This document shows positions 48,873-59,121 of a stretch of DNA of 64,000 nucleotides, in pieces. The stretch is from an uncultured Planctomycetota bacterium (GTDB lineage Bacteria > Planctomycetota > JAJSAM01 > JAKLKS01). How positions within the stretch are numbered: position 1 is the stretch's first letter; each line of letters starts with the position of its first letter. The notes beneath the pieces are model-generated. The model was not told where the DNA came from. It saw only the letters and a program-made list of their open reading frames with translations, and did not search any database. The stretch is taken from assembly GCA_964607145.1 (NCBI GenBank), contig CAZSIX010000003.1:74039-138038 (forward strand). Reading direction: 5' to 3'. The position numbers and the translations under genes were made by a program.

Positions 48873-49111
48873 GGACCCATTCTGCGGCCCCCCGGGGGCG
48901 GCGGCAAGGCGGTTCGCCCGCGCCGCCCGGCGACCCGTTCCCCCGCGCGGACCCCCGGACGTCGAAGGAGGGGTGGGCGGTGCGGCCCGCAATGGGACGG
49001 GGAGCGGTTGCATGAGGCGGGATCCCCGCCTAGGATTGGACGGTCGCCGGGGCGCCCACGACGCGCCCGCGGTCGCCGGTCCGCCGCAACGCCGGAACAC
49101 GAGGAGAACCG

Positions 49112-51340
49112 ATGGACGCGAACTCCCTCCGCCGCACCCCTTCCCTCGCCCTGCTCCTGCTGGCGGGCGCGCTCCTGGCGTCGGCGCCCGCGCGGGCCGA
49201 CGAACTGGGCATCCCCACGGGCGGGCTCGACTCGGTCCTCCTGACCGATGGGCGGGTCGTCCGCTGCGTCGTCGGGGAGGCCTCCAAGGACGGCAAGACG
49301 GTCCTCCAGTTCCCCAGCGCGTCGTTCCCCGTGGAGACCGCGCGCATCGAGACCGTGCGCCGTTTCGCGGATTACGACCCCGAGCCCCGCAACGACGAGG
49401 AGAAGGCCCGCGTCGAGAAGGGGCTCATCCGGTGGGACGGGCGGTGGATCCCGAAGGAGAAGGCGCTGGCCGCGCAGAAGAAGCAGGCGGAGGAGGACGC
49501 GAAGCAGCGGCTCGACGACGACGCCCACGGGACGTGGGAGACGCGTCGCAAGGTCGAGACCGAGCACTTCGTGTTCGAGGCGGACATCCCGAAGGCCCAG
49601 CTCGACTACTACTCGGGCCTCATGGAGGCCTACTACGCGGCGTTCACGAAGTACTTCAAGATCACCCTCACCCAGCGGGAGAAGAAGCAGAAGCTCCCCG
49701 TGTTCCTGTTCCGCAAGCGCGACGACTTCCGGGTCTATCACGACCGGGACACGAGCGGGAAGAGCGAGCACCTCCTCGGGTACTTCATGCCCGCCATCGG
49801 GCAGGAGAGGCTCGTCTTCTTCGACCTCCCCGGGAACCGGGACGACACCGTGGCGGTCATGTTCCACGAGGCGACGCACTTCCTCATCCACCTCGCGGAG
49901 CCCAAGGTGCTCACGTCGCGCTGGATCCACGAGGGCGTCGCGGAGTACATCGGCAGCAGCGTGTACACGGGGAAGACCTTCCGGATCGGGGGCACGCAGG
50001 ACGGCCGCCTCCTCCACTTCCAGGAGATGATCCGGAAGGGGAAGGTCATCCCCATGGACAACTTCATGCAGGCGGGGAACCCGTCCGTGGAGGGCCGCGG
50101 GATCGAGTTCTCCGGCGAGCACTACGCGCAGACGACGATGCTCGTCCACTTCCTCATGGAGGGGAAGAACCAGAAGTACCGCAACGCCTTCATCTCCTAC
50201 TTCACGCGGTGCCTGTCCGGGAAGGGCGTCAAGTACACGGCCATCGCGGGCTCCGACCAGAAGTTCATCGAGTACGAGGAGGGCAAGGCGCTCCTGCTGC
50301 GGACGCTGGGGCTCAAGGACTTCGAGCCCCTCATGAAGGAACTCGAGGAGTACGCCATGGCGCTGCCGCTCGGGGACGCCACGGCGTACGTGACGCGCGG
50401 GGAGATCTCCTACTTCAACCGCCGCGACCAGGAGGCCGCCTTCGCCGACTGGGACGAGGCCGAGCGGCGCGGAGTCGACAACGCGAAGGTCCTGGCGGAA
50501 CTCGGTCGCGTCTACACCCACATCGGAGAGCGCGCCGACCGCGTCGTCCCCTTGCTCCAGCGGGCCGTCGAGCTGGATCCGCTGGCCGTCAAGTACCGCT
50601 ACTGGCTGAGCACCCGGCTGCCCGAGGAGGAGTCGCTCCTGCAGTTGCGCATCTGCGTGGAGATCGAGCCCACGTATGCCGACGCGCTCTCCGCGCTGGG
50701 CCTCCGGACGTTCATCGCCCTGCGCGATCGGGACAAGGTGGGGGAGGACGAGAGGCCGCGCGTCGACGAGGCGCTGGCCATGCTGGCAAAGGCCATCGCC
50801 ACGGATCCCAAGGCCGAGACCTACTTCGCGCAGGCGTCGCTGTACCTGCTCATCGGCGAGTTCGAGAAGGCGCGGGAGGCCGCCAAGGCGGCCACGGAGA
50901 TGGCGCCCGAGGACGAGGGATACCTGTGGCGTCTCGCCCAGTGCTACGCGCTCCTCGGCAGCGCCGAGGACTTCGGCAAGATCCTGCGGCGCATCGAACT
51001 CCTCCTCCGGCGCGGCGCGCAGGTCAGGTCCGGTGAGACGGCCGCCGGCGCGCGCCAGGGCATGAGCCCCGAGGACGCCGCGGCGCTGATGGCGACCCTC
51101 GTGCGCCGGATGGCGGAGCGCTGCCTGACGTGGGACAAGTCGAAGGAGGCGCTCATGGCGCTGGGGGCGTGGTACGCCCGCCGGCCGCCGCAGAACGAGG
51201 ACGACTGGGTGTTCTGGACCACCGTGGCCTCCATGGCCGGGGACGACGCGGGGGCGCGCAAGATCGCCGGCGACGGGCTGGCCGCGTGTCCCGAGTCCGC
51301 CCTCCTCAAGCAGTACGCCGCCGCCGGGTCGGGGGAATAG
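49112..51340 (+). CDS. Secreted DUF1570-type zincin-like (HExxH) protein with C-terminal TPR repeats
   Basis: Signal peptide present. Motif AVMFHEATHFLIH is characteristic of DUF1570 / peptidase MA-like proteins. TPR-like helices in the C-terminal half. RBS GAGGAGAAC before the ATG. Confidence 0.75.
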   Translation: MDANSLRRTPSLALLLLAGALLASAPARADELGIPTGGLDSVLLTDGRVVRCVVGEASKDGKTVLQFPSASFPVETARIETVRRFADYDPEPRNDEEKARVEKGLIRWDGRWIPKEKALAAQKKQAEEDAKQRLDDDAHGTWETRRKVETEHFVFEADIPKAQLDYYSGLMEAYYAAFTKYFKITLTQREKKQKLPVFLFRKRDDFRVYHDRDTSGKSEHLLGYFMPAIGQERLVFFDLPGNRDDTVAVMFHEATHFLIHLAEPKVLTSRWIHEGVAEYIGSSVYTGKTFRIGGTQDGRLLHFQEMIRKGKVIPMDNFMQAGNPSVEGRGIEFSGEHYAQTTMLVHFLMEGKNQKYRNAFISYFTRCLSGKGVKYTAIAGSDQKFIEYEEGKALLLRTLGLKDFEPLMKELEEYAMALPLGDATAYVTRGEISYFNRRDQEAAFADWDEAERRGVDNAKVLAELGRVYTHIGERADRVVPLLQRAVELDPLAVKYRYWLSTRLPEEESLLQLRICVEIEPTYADALSALGLRTFIALRDRDKVGEDERPRVDEALAMLAKAIATDPKAETYFAQASLYLLIGEFEKAREAAKAATEMAPEDEGYLWRLAQCYALLGSAEDFGKILRRIELLLRRGAQVRSGETAAGARQGMSPEDAAALMATLVRRMAERCLTWDKSKEALMALGAWYARRPPQNEDDWVFWTTVASMAGDDAGARKIAGDGLAACPESALLKQYAAAGSGE

Positions 51341-51344
51341 GACC

Positions 51345-53489
51345 GTGGACCTGCACAGAGCCGCGACTCGCCTGCTCCCGCTGGCCCTCCTCGGGCTCGC
51401 CTCCGCCTCCGCGGCGCTCGCCGCCGACGTCAAGGACCCGGGCTACGACGCCGCCCTCCGGGAGGCCAAGAAGTCCATCCGGAGCCTCCCCGAGAAGGTC
51501 CGCCAGCCCATGGCGAAGGAGGGGCAGAACTTCCTCGATCAGCACCAGAAGGCGGACCGCTACACGGAGGCGCAGAAGGACATCCAGGCCCGCGTCGCCG
51601 CACTGGACGCGCTGGCGGCGCTGAAGGACACGCGCGTCTTCGAGGAGATGACGAAGTTCCTCCCCGGGCTGAACAAGGAGGTCGAGCGGACGCGGGTCGA
51701 ACTGGACGAGTCCACGGAGAAGTACGAGAAGGTGCGCCTTCCCTACTTCGAGGCCCGCGAGGAGGAGTTCCGCCGCACGGGCGCCTGGCCGACGACGATC
51801 CTCGTGAATCTCGGCAAGACGCTGGACACGCTGGAGTGGGACCAGACGGAGTGCGCCATCGCCTACGACCGCGCGCTCCGGCTCCGGGACGCCGCCACCG
51901 CCGGGCTGGGCGTCAACCTCGCCTCCCTGGGCGAGGCCCGCGACCTCGTCTGGAAGGCGGCGGTCAAGTTCGGCCTCGAGAGCAAGGACCCGTGGGATCG
52001 CGTGGCGTTCTGCGAGGCGACGAAGGCCATGGCGGGGAAGGAGGCGGACGCGATCCTCCTCCAGATGGAGGCCAAGGACTCGGATCCGAACGTCGTCGCC
52101 GCGGCCATCGGCGCCCTGGCGGCCCGCCGCTCCGAGGCCGGTTTCCCGAAGATCGTCGCCCGCGTGGCCAGCCCCGATGACCGCATCGCCATCGCCGCCA
52201 TCAAGGGGATCACCGGGTACCGCTCCCCGGACACCATCCCGACCCTCGTCGCGCGGCTGAAGTCGGCGGAGGGTCGCATCCTGGAGGACATCGTCGAGGC
52301 GCTGTTCGGCCTGACGGGCAAGCACCTCCCCGACGCCCACTCCGCGTGGGAGGGGTGGTGGAAGGAGAACGGGCGGACGTTCCTCCGCCGCTGGGACGCG
52401 GACGTGCAGGTGCGGAAGGACGAGATCGAGGCCATCGGCCTCACGGACGGTCGCCTCATCGACGTCCCCGCGGAACTGGCGGCGCTCCTCCCCACGGAGT
52501 CCGACCAGGGCTGCCGCGACGCCATCCTGGAGAACCTCTCCATCCACAAGTCGGACTTCGCCCGCCGCACGCTGATCGCCAGTCTCGCGGACCCCGCTCT
52601 GCCCACCCGCATCGCCGCCATCCGCGGGCTCGCGCAGTACCGCCACATCAGCGTTCCCGAGGAACTGATCCGCCGCGTCCCCCTGGCCGGGAAGGAGGAA
52701 CTCCAGGCCATCTACCAGACTCTGCGCCTTCTCTGGACGGCGGAGGAGTTCGCCTGCCGCGCCGCGGAGCGCGAGCCGCTGCTCCAGTGGTGGACCTCGG
52801 TGAATTCCCGCGTCGCCGAGCAGTTCCAGAAACTCGGCGAGCGCGCCAAGGACATCGCCTCCGGCAAGCAGCAGGAGGGGGAACTGGACGCGCAGTGGCG
52901 CGACCGGAACTTCTACGGCCTCCGCATCCTCTCGAACCGCGTGCTGTTCGTCGTCGACGTGTCCCTGTCCATGGAGGAGCCGGCGCAGAAGGGCTCGGCG
53001 CTGGCCGACGAGGTGGCGTCCAAGCGCACGAAGCTCGAGGTGGCGAAGTCGGAGATGACCCGCGTCATCCGGACGCTGCCCGACGACACGCTGTTCGGGA
53101 TGGTCTTCTTCTCCGTGACGGAGCAGGTGTGGGACGACGGCATGGTCCTGATGAACTCGGCGAACCGCAAGAAGGCGCTCAAGTGGGTCGAGGACCTCAA
53201 GCCCAAGGAGGCGACGAACATCTACGACGCCCTCGAGACGGCCTTCGAGATCGGGACCCCGAAGTCCCCGGTCCGCGCGGCGGGGGCGCCGGACACCATC
53301 TACTTCCTGTCGGACGGCGCGCCCACGGCGGGCAAGTACCTGAAGCCGGACATCATCCGGGAGCACGTGCGCCGCTGGAACAAGACGCGCGGCGTGAAGC
53401 TGCACGTCGTCGGCGTCGGCGCGGACCACGACATCCTGTTCTGCCGGTCGCTGGCCGAGGAGAACGGCGGGTACTACGTCGCCCGGTAG
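51345..53489 (+). CDS. Secreted HEAT-repeat protein with C-terminal von Willebrand factor A (vWA) domain
   Basis: GTG start 5 nt after the previous stop. Signal peptide LLPLALLGLASASAALA. vWA MIDAS-like motif VLFVVDVSLSMEE ... TNIYDAL ... IYFLSDGAPT. Confidence 0.7.
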   Translation: MDLHRAATRLLPLALLGLASASAALAADVKDPGYDAALREAKKSIRSLPEKVRQPMAKEGQNFLDQHQKADRYTEAQKDIQARVAALDALAALKDTRVFEEMTKFLPGLNKEVERTRVELDESTEKYEKVRLPYFEAREEEFRRTGAWPTTILVNLGKTLDTLEWDQTECAIAYDRALRLRDAATAGLGVNLASLGEARDLVWKAAVKFGLESKDPWDRVAFCEATKAMAGKEADAILLQMEAKDSDPNVVAAAIGALAARRSEAGFPKIVARVASPDDRIAIAAIKGITGYRSPDTIPTLVARLKSAEGRILEDIVEALFGLTGKHLPDAHSAWEGWWKENGRTFLRRWDADVQVRKDEIEAIGLTDGRLIDVPAELAALLPTESDQGCRDAILENLSIHKSDFARRTLIASLADPALPTRIAAIRGLAQYRHISVPEELIRRVPLAGKEELQAIYQTLRLLWTAEEFACRAAEREPLLQWWTSVNSRVAEQFQKLGERAKDIASGKQQEGELDAQWRDRNFYGLRILSNRVLFVVDVSLSMEEPAQKGSALADEVASKRTKLEVAKSEMTRVIRTLPDDTLFGMVFFSVTEQVWDDGMVLMNSANRKKALKWVEDLKPKEATNIYDALETAFEIGTPKSPVRAAGAPDTIYFLSDGAPTAGKYLKPDIIREHVRRWNKTRGVKLHVVGVGADHDILFCRSLAEENGGYYVAR

Positions 53490-53562
53490 GGCGATCGCCC
53501 ACCCGGCCGGCGGGTATGATCCGGCGGCCCGGATCCGGGGGGGCCCGGCGGGAGGCGAGGAG

Positions 53563-54762
53563 ATGTCCATGGGGCAGCGGCGGGGCCGGTCGCGCACGTG
53601 CCGTGGATCCGCCGGCGCCGTCGCCATCGCCCTCGCGGTGGCGCTGCTGTCGGCCCCCGACGGTGGGGCCGTCGCGCAGGACGGCGGCCCCGCGGGCGTC
53701 CAGCCGCAGGCCTTCTTCAAGGGCAAGGTCCTGTCGATGAAGGGGCGGCGGATCGAACTGTCCTACGACTTCCAGGACCCGGCGCAGATCGCCGACTGGA
53801 CCCACACGCATCCCTTCCTCACGCCCCCCACGACGGGGGGCTGGCGCGTGGAGGGCGGGGCCCTCCGCGGCGAGGGCTCCTGCGCCGCCCGCCATCGCGC
53901 CGTGTTCGACGGCGACGTCGCGGTGGAGGCCACCATCTCCAGCGAGAAGGCCAGGGACTTCGGAGCCGTGGTGATCTCCGAGGAGGGGACCACCTTCACC
54001 CTCTTCTCCCTGAACGACGCCTACTTCTCCTTCAAGGACGGGCGCCTCCCCAACGAGCACATGGTCACGACGTTCCTTCCCGCGGGCACGGGTCCCGGCG
54101 GCACGACGTTCTGGCGCTACGTCCAGACCGTCTACGAGCCGCGCGTGGGCGCCGACCCGGTGAAGATCTCGCTCCGGAAGAAGGGGGCGAACAACGAGTT
54201 CCGGTTCGCCGGCACCGGGCGGCTCGGCGGCGATGACGTCGAGGCCCGCGTGGGGCCCGCGTTCTTCCCCGCGTTCTACGTCATCGAGTCGCGCGCCGTC
54301 GTCAAGGACGTGAAGGTCTCCGGCATCCTCTCCACGGCCTGGCTCCGCCAGAACGGGATCGCCTTCGAGGACACCGTGCCCGAGGGACCGAAGCCCGGAG
54401 ATCCCCCTCCCGCTGCCGGCGGCCCCCCGTCGCGCGTGGAGGACGCCCCCTGGCGGGCGCTCGCCGCCGTCGTGGCCAATGGATCGCTCTCCCGCGAGGA
54501 GCGCGAGAAGGCGGCGAAGGATCTCATCGCCACGAAGGAGAAGCGTGCCGTCCGCGCCATGATCGACATCCTCTACAACGAGGCCGACGAGGACGGACGC
54601 GAGATCGCCTACGGCGTCTTCAAGGGCATCTCGGGGAAGGACGCCGGGTACCGGCCGACGGGCGACGCCGAGGCGCGGCAGAAGTCCATGGAGAACGTCT
54701 GGAAGGTGTGGCTCGCCCTGCGCACCGCCGCCGAGCGCGAGGAAGCGAAGCAGGGGAAATGA
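53563..54762 (+). CDS. Secreted protein with DUF1080/LamG-like domain and C-terminal HEAT-like segment
   Basis: Signal peptide AVAIALAVALLSAPDGGAVAQ. RBS GGAGGCGAGGAG. The central region resembles concanavalin-like DUF1080 (GKVLSMKGRRIELSYDF...W...GGW..EGGALRG). This is an inference. Confidence 0.6.
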   Translation: MSMGQRRGRSRTCRGSAGAVAIALAVALLSAPDGGAVAQDGGPAGVQPQAFFKGKVLSMKGRRIELSYDFQDPAQIADWTHTHPFLTPPTTGGWRVEGGALRGEGSCAARHRAVFDGDVAVEATISSEKARDFGAVVISEEGTTFTLFSLNDAYFSFKDGRLPNEHMVTTFLPAGTGPGGTTFWRYVQTVYEPRVGADPVKISLRKKGANNEFRFAGTGRLGGDDVEARVGPAFFPAFYVIESRAVVKDVKVSGILSTAWLRQNGIAFEDTVPEGPKPGDPPPAAGGPPSRVEDAPWRALAAVVANGSLSREEREKAAKDLIATKEKRAVRAMIDILYNEADEDGREIAYGVFKGISGKDAGYRPTGDAEARQKSMENVWKVWLALRTAAEREEAKQGK

Positions 54763-54788
54763 TCCGGGTCCGCCCCGGGGAGGTCGCC

Positions 54789-55364
54789 ATGTCCCGTCCC
54801 GTCCCGTACGTCCGCCGCGGGCTCGCTCTCGCGGCCCTCCTCGCCGCCGCCGCCCTCGCCCCCTCGCCCCGTGCCGGGGCCCAGGACGCCGACACGCCGC
54901 TGGATCGCTCCCTCCAGAAGGTCGAGGCGCTGCTCACCTCCCTCAAGGCCTCCGGCGGCGCCGACCCCGCCCTGGTCCGGCAACTGGAGGCCATCGCCAA
55001 GGACCTCCGGGAGGCGAAGGCCGCCGCCGGTGCGGCGACTCCTCCCCCCGCCGGTGGCGGGCCCGGCGCGGGCGCCGGTGCCGGCGCCGGTGCCGCCGCG
55101 GGGGCGAGCCGCTGGCTGATCGACCGCGTGATGGAGGGCGTCGAACTCAACGAGAAGGACCGCAAGGTGGCCGAGGACCTGCTGACGGTGTTCGGCGAGG
55201 ACTACGCCCTCGCCCGCCTCCACAAGGATGATCGGTCGAAGCAGGTCCTCAAGTCCGACGTCGAGGATCGGATCGACAGGGCGCTTCCCCGGCGCGAAGC
55301 CGGCAAGATCAAGAACAACCTCGCCACCCAGTTGCGCTGGATGGAGTGGGGGGGGCGGAGGTAG
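54789..55364 (+). CDS. Small secreted hypothetical protein (191 aa) with low-complexity GAGAGAGA linker
   Basis: RBS GGGAGG before the ATG. Signal peptide LALAALLAAAALAPSPRAGAQ. The helical C-terminal part looks protein-like. Confidence 0.55.
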   Translation: MSRPVPYVRRGLALAALLAAAALAPSPRAGAQDADTPLDRSLQKVEALLTSLKASGGADPALVRQLEAIAKDLREAKAAAGAATPPPAGGGPGAGAGAGAGAAAGASRWLIDRVMEGVELNEKDRKVAEDLLTVFGEDYALARLHKDDRSKQVLKSDVEDRIDRALPRREAGKIKNNLATQLRWMEWGGRR

Positions 55365-55602
55365 GTCGGGCGCCGCGGGGCGCCCCTCGGCCCCGCCGTC
55401 GGCGACCCGCTCCCGCCTCCGGCGCGGCGATCCGCCCCCGTCGGCGTGGCCCGCCGGAGGGGCGCCCCCCTGCGGTCCCTCTCCCGGTCCCGGTGCGGTC
55501 ACCGCCGCGCCTGCTGGCCCCGTGGCGCCGCGGGTGATAGGGTCAGGTGAGTGTCCGTTCGTTGTGGAGCGGCCGCCGACGACCAACTCCCGGAGGGGCA
55601 GC

Positions 55603-58600
55603 ATGCGCCGAACCACCGCCGCCGCGCTCGTGACCGCCGTCCACGCCGCCGTGCTCGCCGGGGCCCTGGCGGGGGGCGGTCTCGACCACCGGCTCATGCC
55701 GGGGCAGACCGCCACGGGCAGCATCGGCGAGACCGGGGAGGAGGATCTCCTGCTCCTCCAGACCTTCCCCGGGCAGAAGATCACGGTGCAGATCAAGGCG
55801 CGGTCCGGCGAGTCGCTGCTCCCGGAGTTGACGTCGCTGCTGAACCCCGCGGAGCAGGACGTCCTCGGCTCCGCCATCGTGAAGACGTCGAAGAAGGGCG
55901 ACGTCGTGACGCTCAAGTCCCTCGTCTCCCCGTCGGGAGGGACCTGGGTCCTCGGACTCGGGGGGGACGGCGGCACCACGGGGACCTACGACATCAAGAG
56001 CAAGGGGTCCCCGTCCAACGCCCGCCTCGGCGCGGGCGACGTGGCGTCCCCCGGCGCCGAAGTCCCCCTCGAGTTCGCCGCCGAGGCGGGGTCCGACGTG
56101 GCCATCCAGGTGAAGGCGGACCAGGGTCAGTCGCTGCGTCCCCTGGTGGCGCGCATCGAGGGGCCGCAGGGGACGGTGAACCTCGGCTCCGCGGCGCGGA
56201 AGACCTCCGCGAAGAAGGACTCGCTGAAGGGAGTCCGCCTCGCGGACAACGGGACCTACACGGTGTTCGTCACCGGCGACGAGGGCACGACGGGAACCTT
56301 CACCGCCCTCATCAAGGTGGGGAAGACGGTCCCCCTGGACTTCTCCGTGGATCCCACCGGCGATCCGCCGCCCCCGGGTCCCCCCGCGGTCACGGCCGTG
56401 AACCCCGGCGAGTACGACGCGCCGTCGACGGGCAACTCCATGACCGTGACCGGCCTGCGCTTCGTGAGCGGGGCGCAGGTGTCGTTCACGCCGGCCACGG
56501 GGATCACCGGCCTCTCGACCTCGTTCAACTCCGCCACGAGCCTCACGGCGACCTTCGACGTCGCGGGGGACGCCACCCCGGGCCTCCGCTCGGTGACCGT
56601 CACCAACCCCGACACGCAGACCGGCACGAAGGCGAACGCGTTCAGCGTCGTCGCGGGTCCGACGGGCGTCGAACTGAACGCCGTCACTCCGTCCTCCGGT
56701 CCCGGCGCCGGGGGGACGCGCGTGCTCCTCCAGGGGGAACTGTTCGGCAACGTGACGGAGGTGCTCTTCGGGACCGAGCCGGCGCAGGCCATCCTGCGCG
56801 TGGACGCGGAGAACATCCTCTGCACGGTGCCGCCCGCGGCCGCGGTCTCCGCCACCGGCGCGTCCTCCGTGGACGTGTCCGTGGAGGTGGACGGCAACGA
56901 GACCGCCACCCTCGTCGGCGGCTGGACCTACGACGCGGACCCGAGCCCTCCGAAGGTGGCCGCCCAGGTCCCGGCGCTCAACTCGACGGGCGCGCCGCGC
57001 AACCTCCAGAAGGTGGTGCTGTTCCTCGACGAGCGGCCCGACCCGGCGTCCGTGGTCACGGGCAACTTCCTCTTCTTCCGGTCCAGCGTGTCGGGCCCCA
57101 ACGACATCATCAACCCGTCGGTGACCGGCGTGGCCGTGGGCGCCGGCGGACGATGCATCGTCGTCCAGCGCGGCGGGGCGACGGGGGGCACCCTTTCCGC
57201 CACCAGCACCTACGTGACCCAGATCTCCAACGGCGTCACCGACGTCGCGGGCAACCCCCTCGACCCGACCCCCTTCGGCGGGAGCGTGTTCCAGGGGAGT
57301 TTCGCGACGGGCGCGGGCACCGACGCGACGGCGCCGACGGTGGTGTCCACGACCCCCGGCGCGTCGGCCGTGGGTGTGGACATGGACGGGACCGTCTCGA
57401 TCCTGTTCTCCGAGGCCATCGACCCGTCGCTGCTCGCCGGGGCGTTCTCCCTCAAGCAGGGGCCCACCAACATCCCCGGGGACCTGGACGTCGACCAGAC
57501 GCTGACCACCGCCACGTTCACGCCACGGTTCCGCCTGGCACCGTCGACGACGTACACCATCGGGATCGCCACCACCCTCCGGGACCTGAGCGCGAACGCG
57601 CTCGCGACGGCGCTCTCGAGGACGTTCACCACGGCCGCCGCCGACGGGACCGCTCCGACGGCCGTCCTCACGGTGGACGTCCTCCCGCAGGACATGAACG
57701 GGTCGGGGACCTACGTCAACTCCGGAGGCACCGGGGGCAACGCGTTCGACGCCTACCTCCCGCGCAGCGGCTTCACCATCGACCTCGAGTTCACCGATGC
57801 GGGGGGCAGCGCCGTGGACGCGTCCTCGCTCACCGTCACGTGCGACCGCGCCATGGGGAGCGTGTCCGGAGGCGCCGAACTGGCGGGGTTCTTCACCGCG
57901 ACGCCGCTCGGCGGGACCTGGACCGTGCCGGCGGCCAACGCGCTGGCCGTCAACAGCAACGTCACCTTCACCGCCCGCGTCTCCGACAACGCCGGCAACC
58001 AGTCCCCGCAGGTGACGCTCGTGGTGGACGTGGCCGACATCACGAAGAGCACCTCCGGCGGCAGCGCGAACGCCTCCACGGATCGCGATCCCTTCAACGT
58101 GCGCCAGGTCTGGCTGCTGCGGTTCGATCAGGACATCTACGCCACCTCCTCCACGGGCAGTTCCACCATCACCGTGAACTCGAGTCTCCCCGGCGGAGGG
58201 AACGGCACGCTCGACCTGCGCGAGGACCTGGCGCTCGTCGGCCTCAACGGGACGGAGTCGGGGACCGGGGCGGCCTCCGTGACGAACGGGTCGAGCACGG
58301 GCACCAACGCCATCGTGCAGCGCATCTTCCGGGAGTCCGTGCGCGGGTACCTGAACCTGCGCTACGGGATCGCCTTCGACGGCACGCGGAGCGCCGACAG
58401 CGTGGACGTCGAGTTCCTCCTGGCCGGCGAGCAGGGATCCCTCTCCGCGGTGCCCGACCCGGCGACGTGGAACTCGGGCAGGGGGTACTCGATGCTCTCG
58501 TGCACCGGGGACGAGAGCCCCAACTCCTCGAACACGGCCATCGGGCGCGCGAACTTCGACCTGCGCAACACGCAGCAGGACGACGACAGCAACACGGGCG

Positions 58601-59121
58601 TGGGCGGCGGGAACAACCTGGGCGCGTTCCTGACCCACATGATCCGCAAGCGGATCAACGACTCCACGGGGACCCTGTTCCGGGACGTCTTCGATCCGCT
58701 CATCCCCGCGCGGAGCGGCACGGCGGTCGGCGCGTCCAACCTCGACGCCACGGTGCTGTCGGGGTCGTTCAACTACGCCACGGCCACGCAGCCGCAGAAG
58801 GACCGCTTCGACCTCATCATGACCGCCATCGATCACATGGCGCTGTACCTGTCCTTCGTCGCCGCGCACGAGGTCGGCCACTCGGTCGGACTCGTCGCCG
58901 ACGGCGCGCCGCCGGCGGGGCTGTTCGGCGGATCGCACGAGGGCAACACGTTCATCACCGACGGCGGCTTCACCACGTCGGGCCACATCGACACGCCGGG
59001 GAACAACCTCATGGAGGCGGCCTCCCCGTTCTCGGAGGCCGTGGCGCAGGGGTCCGCGTTCGCCCGGTTCGGTCCCATGAACGCGGCATGGCTGCTCAGG
59101 AGGTTCGTGTATGACCAGTGA
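55603..59121 (+). CDS. Giant secreted protein 2 (1172 aa), paralog of giant protein 1: N-terminal PPC-like domains, Ig-like domains, C-terminal HExxHxxG zincin-like domain
   Basis: RBS GGAGGGG before ATG 55603. Signal peptide AAALVTAVHAAVLAGALA. Two PPC-like segments (EEDLLLLQTFPGQKITVQIKA; SDVAIQVKADQGQSL). C-terminal VAAHEVGHSVGLVADGAPPAGLFGG aligns with giant 1; both also share (FN)VRQ.W.LR.D.D.Y and GAEGNAFTTG / GTNAIVQR blocks. Confidence 0.85.
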   Translation: MRRTTAAALVTAVHAAVLAGALAGGGLDHRLMPGQTATGSIGETGEEDLLLLQTFPGQKITVQIKARSGESLLPELTSLLNPAEQDVLGSAIVKTSKKGDVVTLKSLVSPSGGTWVLGLGGDGGTTGTYDIKSKGSPSNARLGAGDVASPGAEVPLEFAAEAGSDVAIQVKADQGQSLRPLVARIEGPQGTVNLGSAARKTSAKKDSLKGVRLADNGTYTVFVTGDEGTTGTFTALIKVGKTVPLDFSVDPTGDPPPPGPPAVTAVNPGEYDAPSTGNSMTVTGLRFVSGAQVSFTPATGITGLSTSFNSATSLTATFDVAGDATPGLRSVTVTNPDTQTGTKANAFSVVAGPTGVELNAVTPSSGPGAGGTRVLLQGELFGNVTEVLFGTEPAQAILRVDAENILCTVPPAAAVSATGASSVDVSVEVDGNETATLVGGWTYDADPSPPKVAAQVPALNSTGAPRNLQKVVLFLDERPDPASVVTGNFLFFRSSVSGPNDIINPSVTGVAVGAGGRCIVVQRGGATGGTLSATSTYVTQISNGVTDVAGNPLDPTPFGGSVFQGSFATGAGTDATAPTVVSTTPGASAVGVDMDGTVSILFSEAIDPSLLAGAFSLKQGPTNIPGDLDVDQTLTTATFTPRFRLAPSTTYTIGIATTLRDLSANALATALSRTFTTAAADGTAPTAVLTVDVLPQDMNGSGTYVNSGGTGGNAFDAYLPRSGFTIDLEFTDAGGSAVDASSLTVTCDRAMGSVSGGAELAGFFTATPLGGTWTVPAANALAVNSNVTFTARVSDNAGNQSPQVTLVVDVADITKSTSGGSANASTDRDPFNVRQVWLLRFDQDIYATSSTGSSTITVNSSLPGGGNGTLDLREDLALVGLNGTESGTGAASVTNGSSTGTNAIVQRIFRESVRGYLNLRYGIAFDGTRSADSVDVEFLLAGEQGSLSAVPDPATWNSGRGYSMLSCTGDESPNSSNTAIGRANFDLRNTQQDDDSNTGVGGGNNLGAFLTHMIRKRINDSTGTLFRDVFDPLIPARSGTAVGASNLDATVLSGSFNYATATQPQKDRFDLIMTAIDHMALYLSFVAAHEVGHSVGLVADGAPPAGLFGGSHEGNTFITDGGFTTSGHIDTPGNNLMEAASPFSEAVAQGSAFARFGPMNAAWLLRRFVYDQ

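Noticed and set aside
47722-51433. 1104-aa (+) and 854-aa (-) ORFs overlapping the HEAT and DUF1570 genes
   Set aside because: Compositionally biased alternate-frame artefacts. The accepted frames have signal peptides and recognisable motifs.
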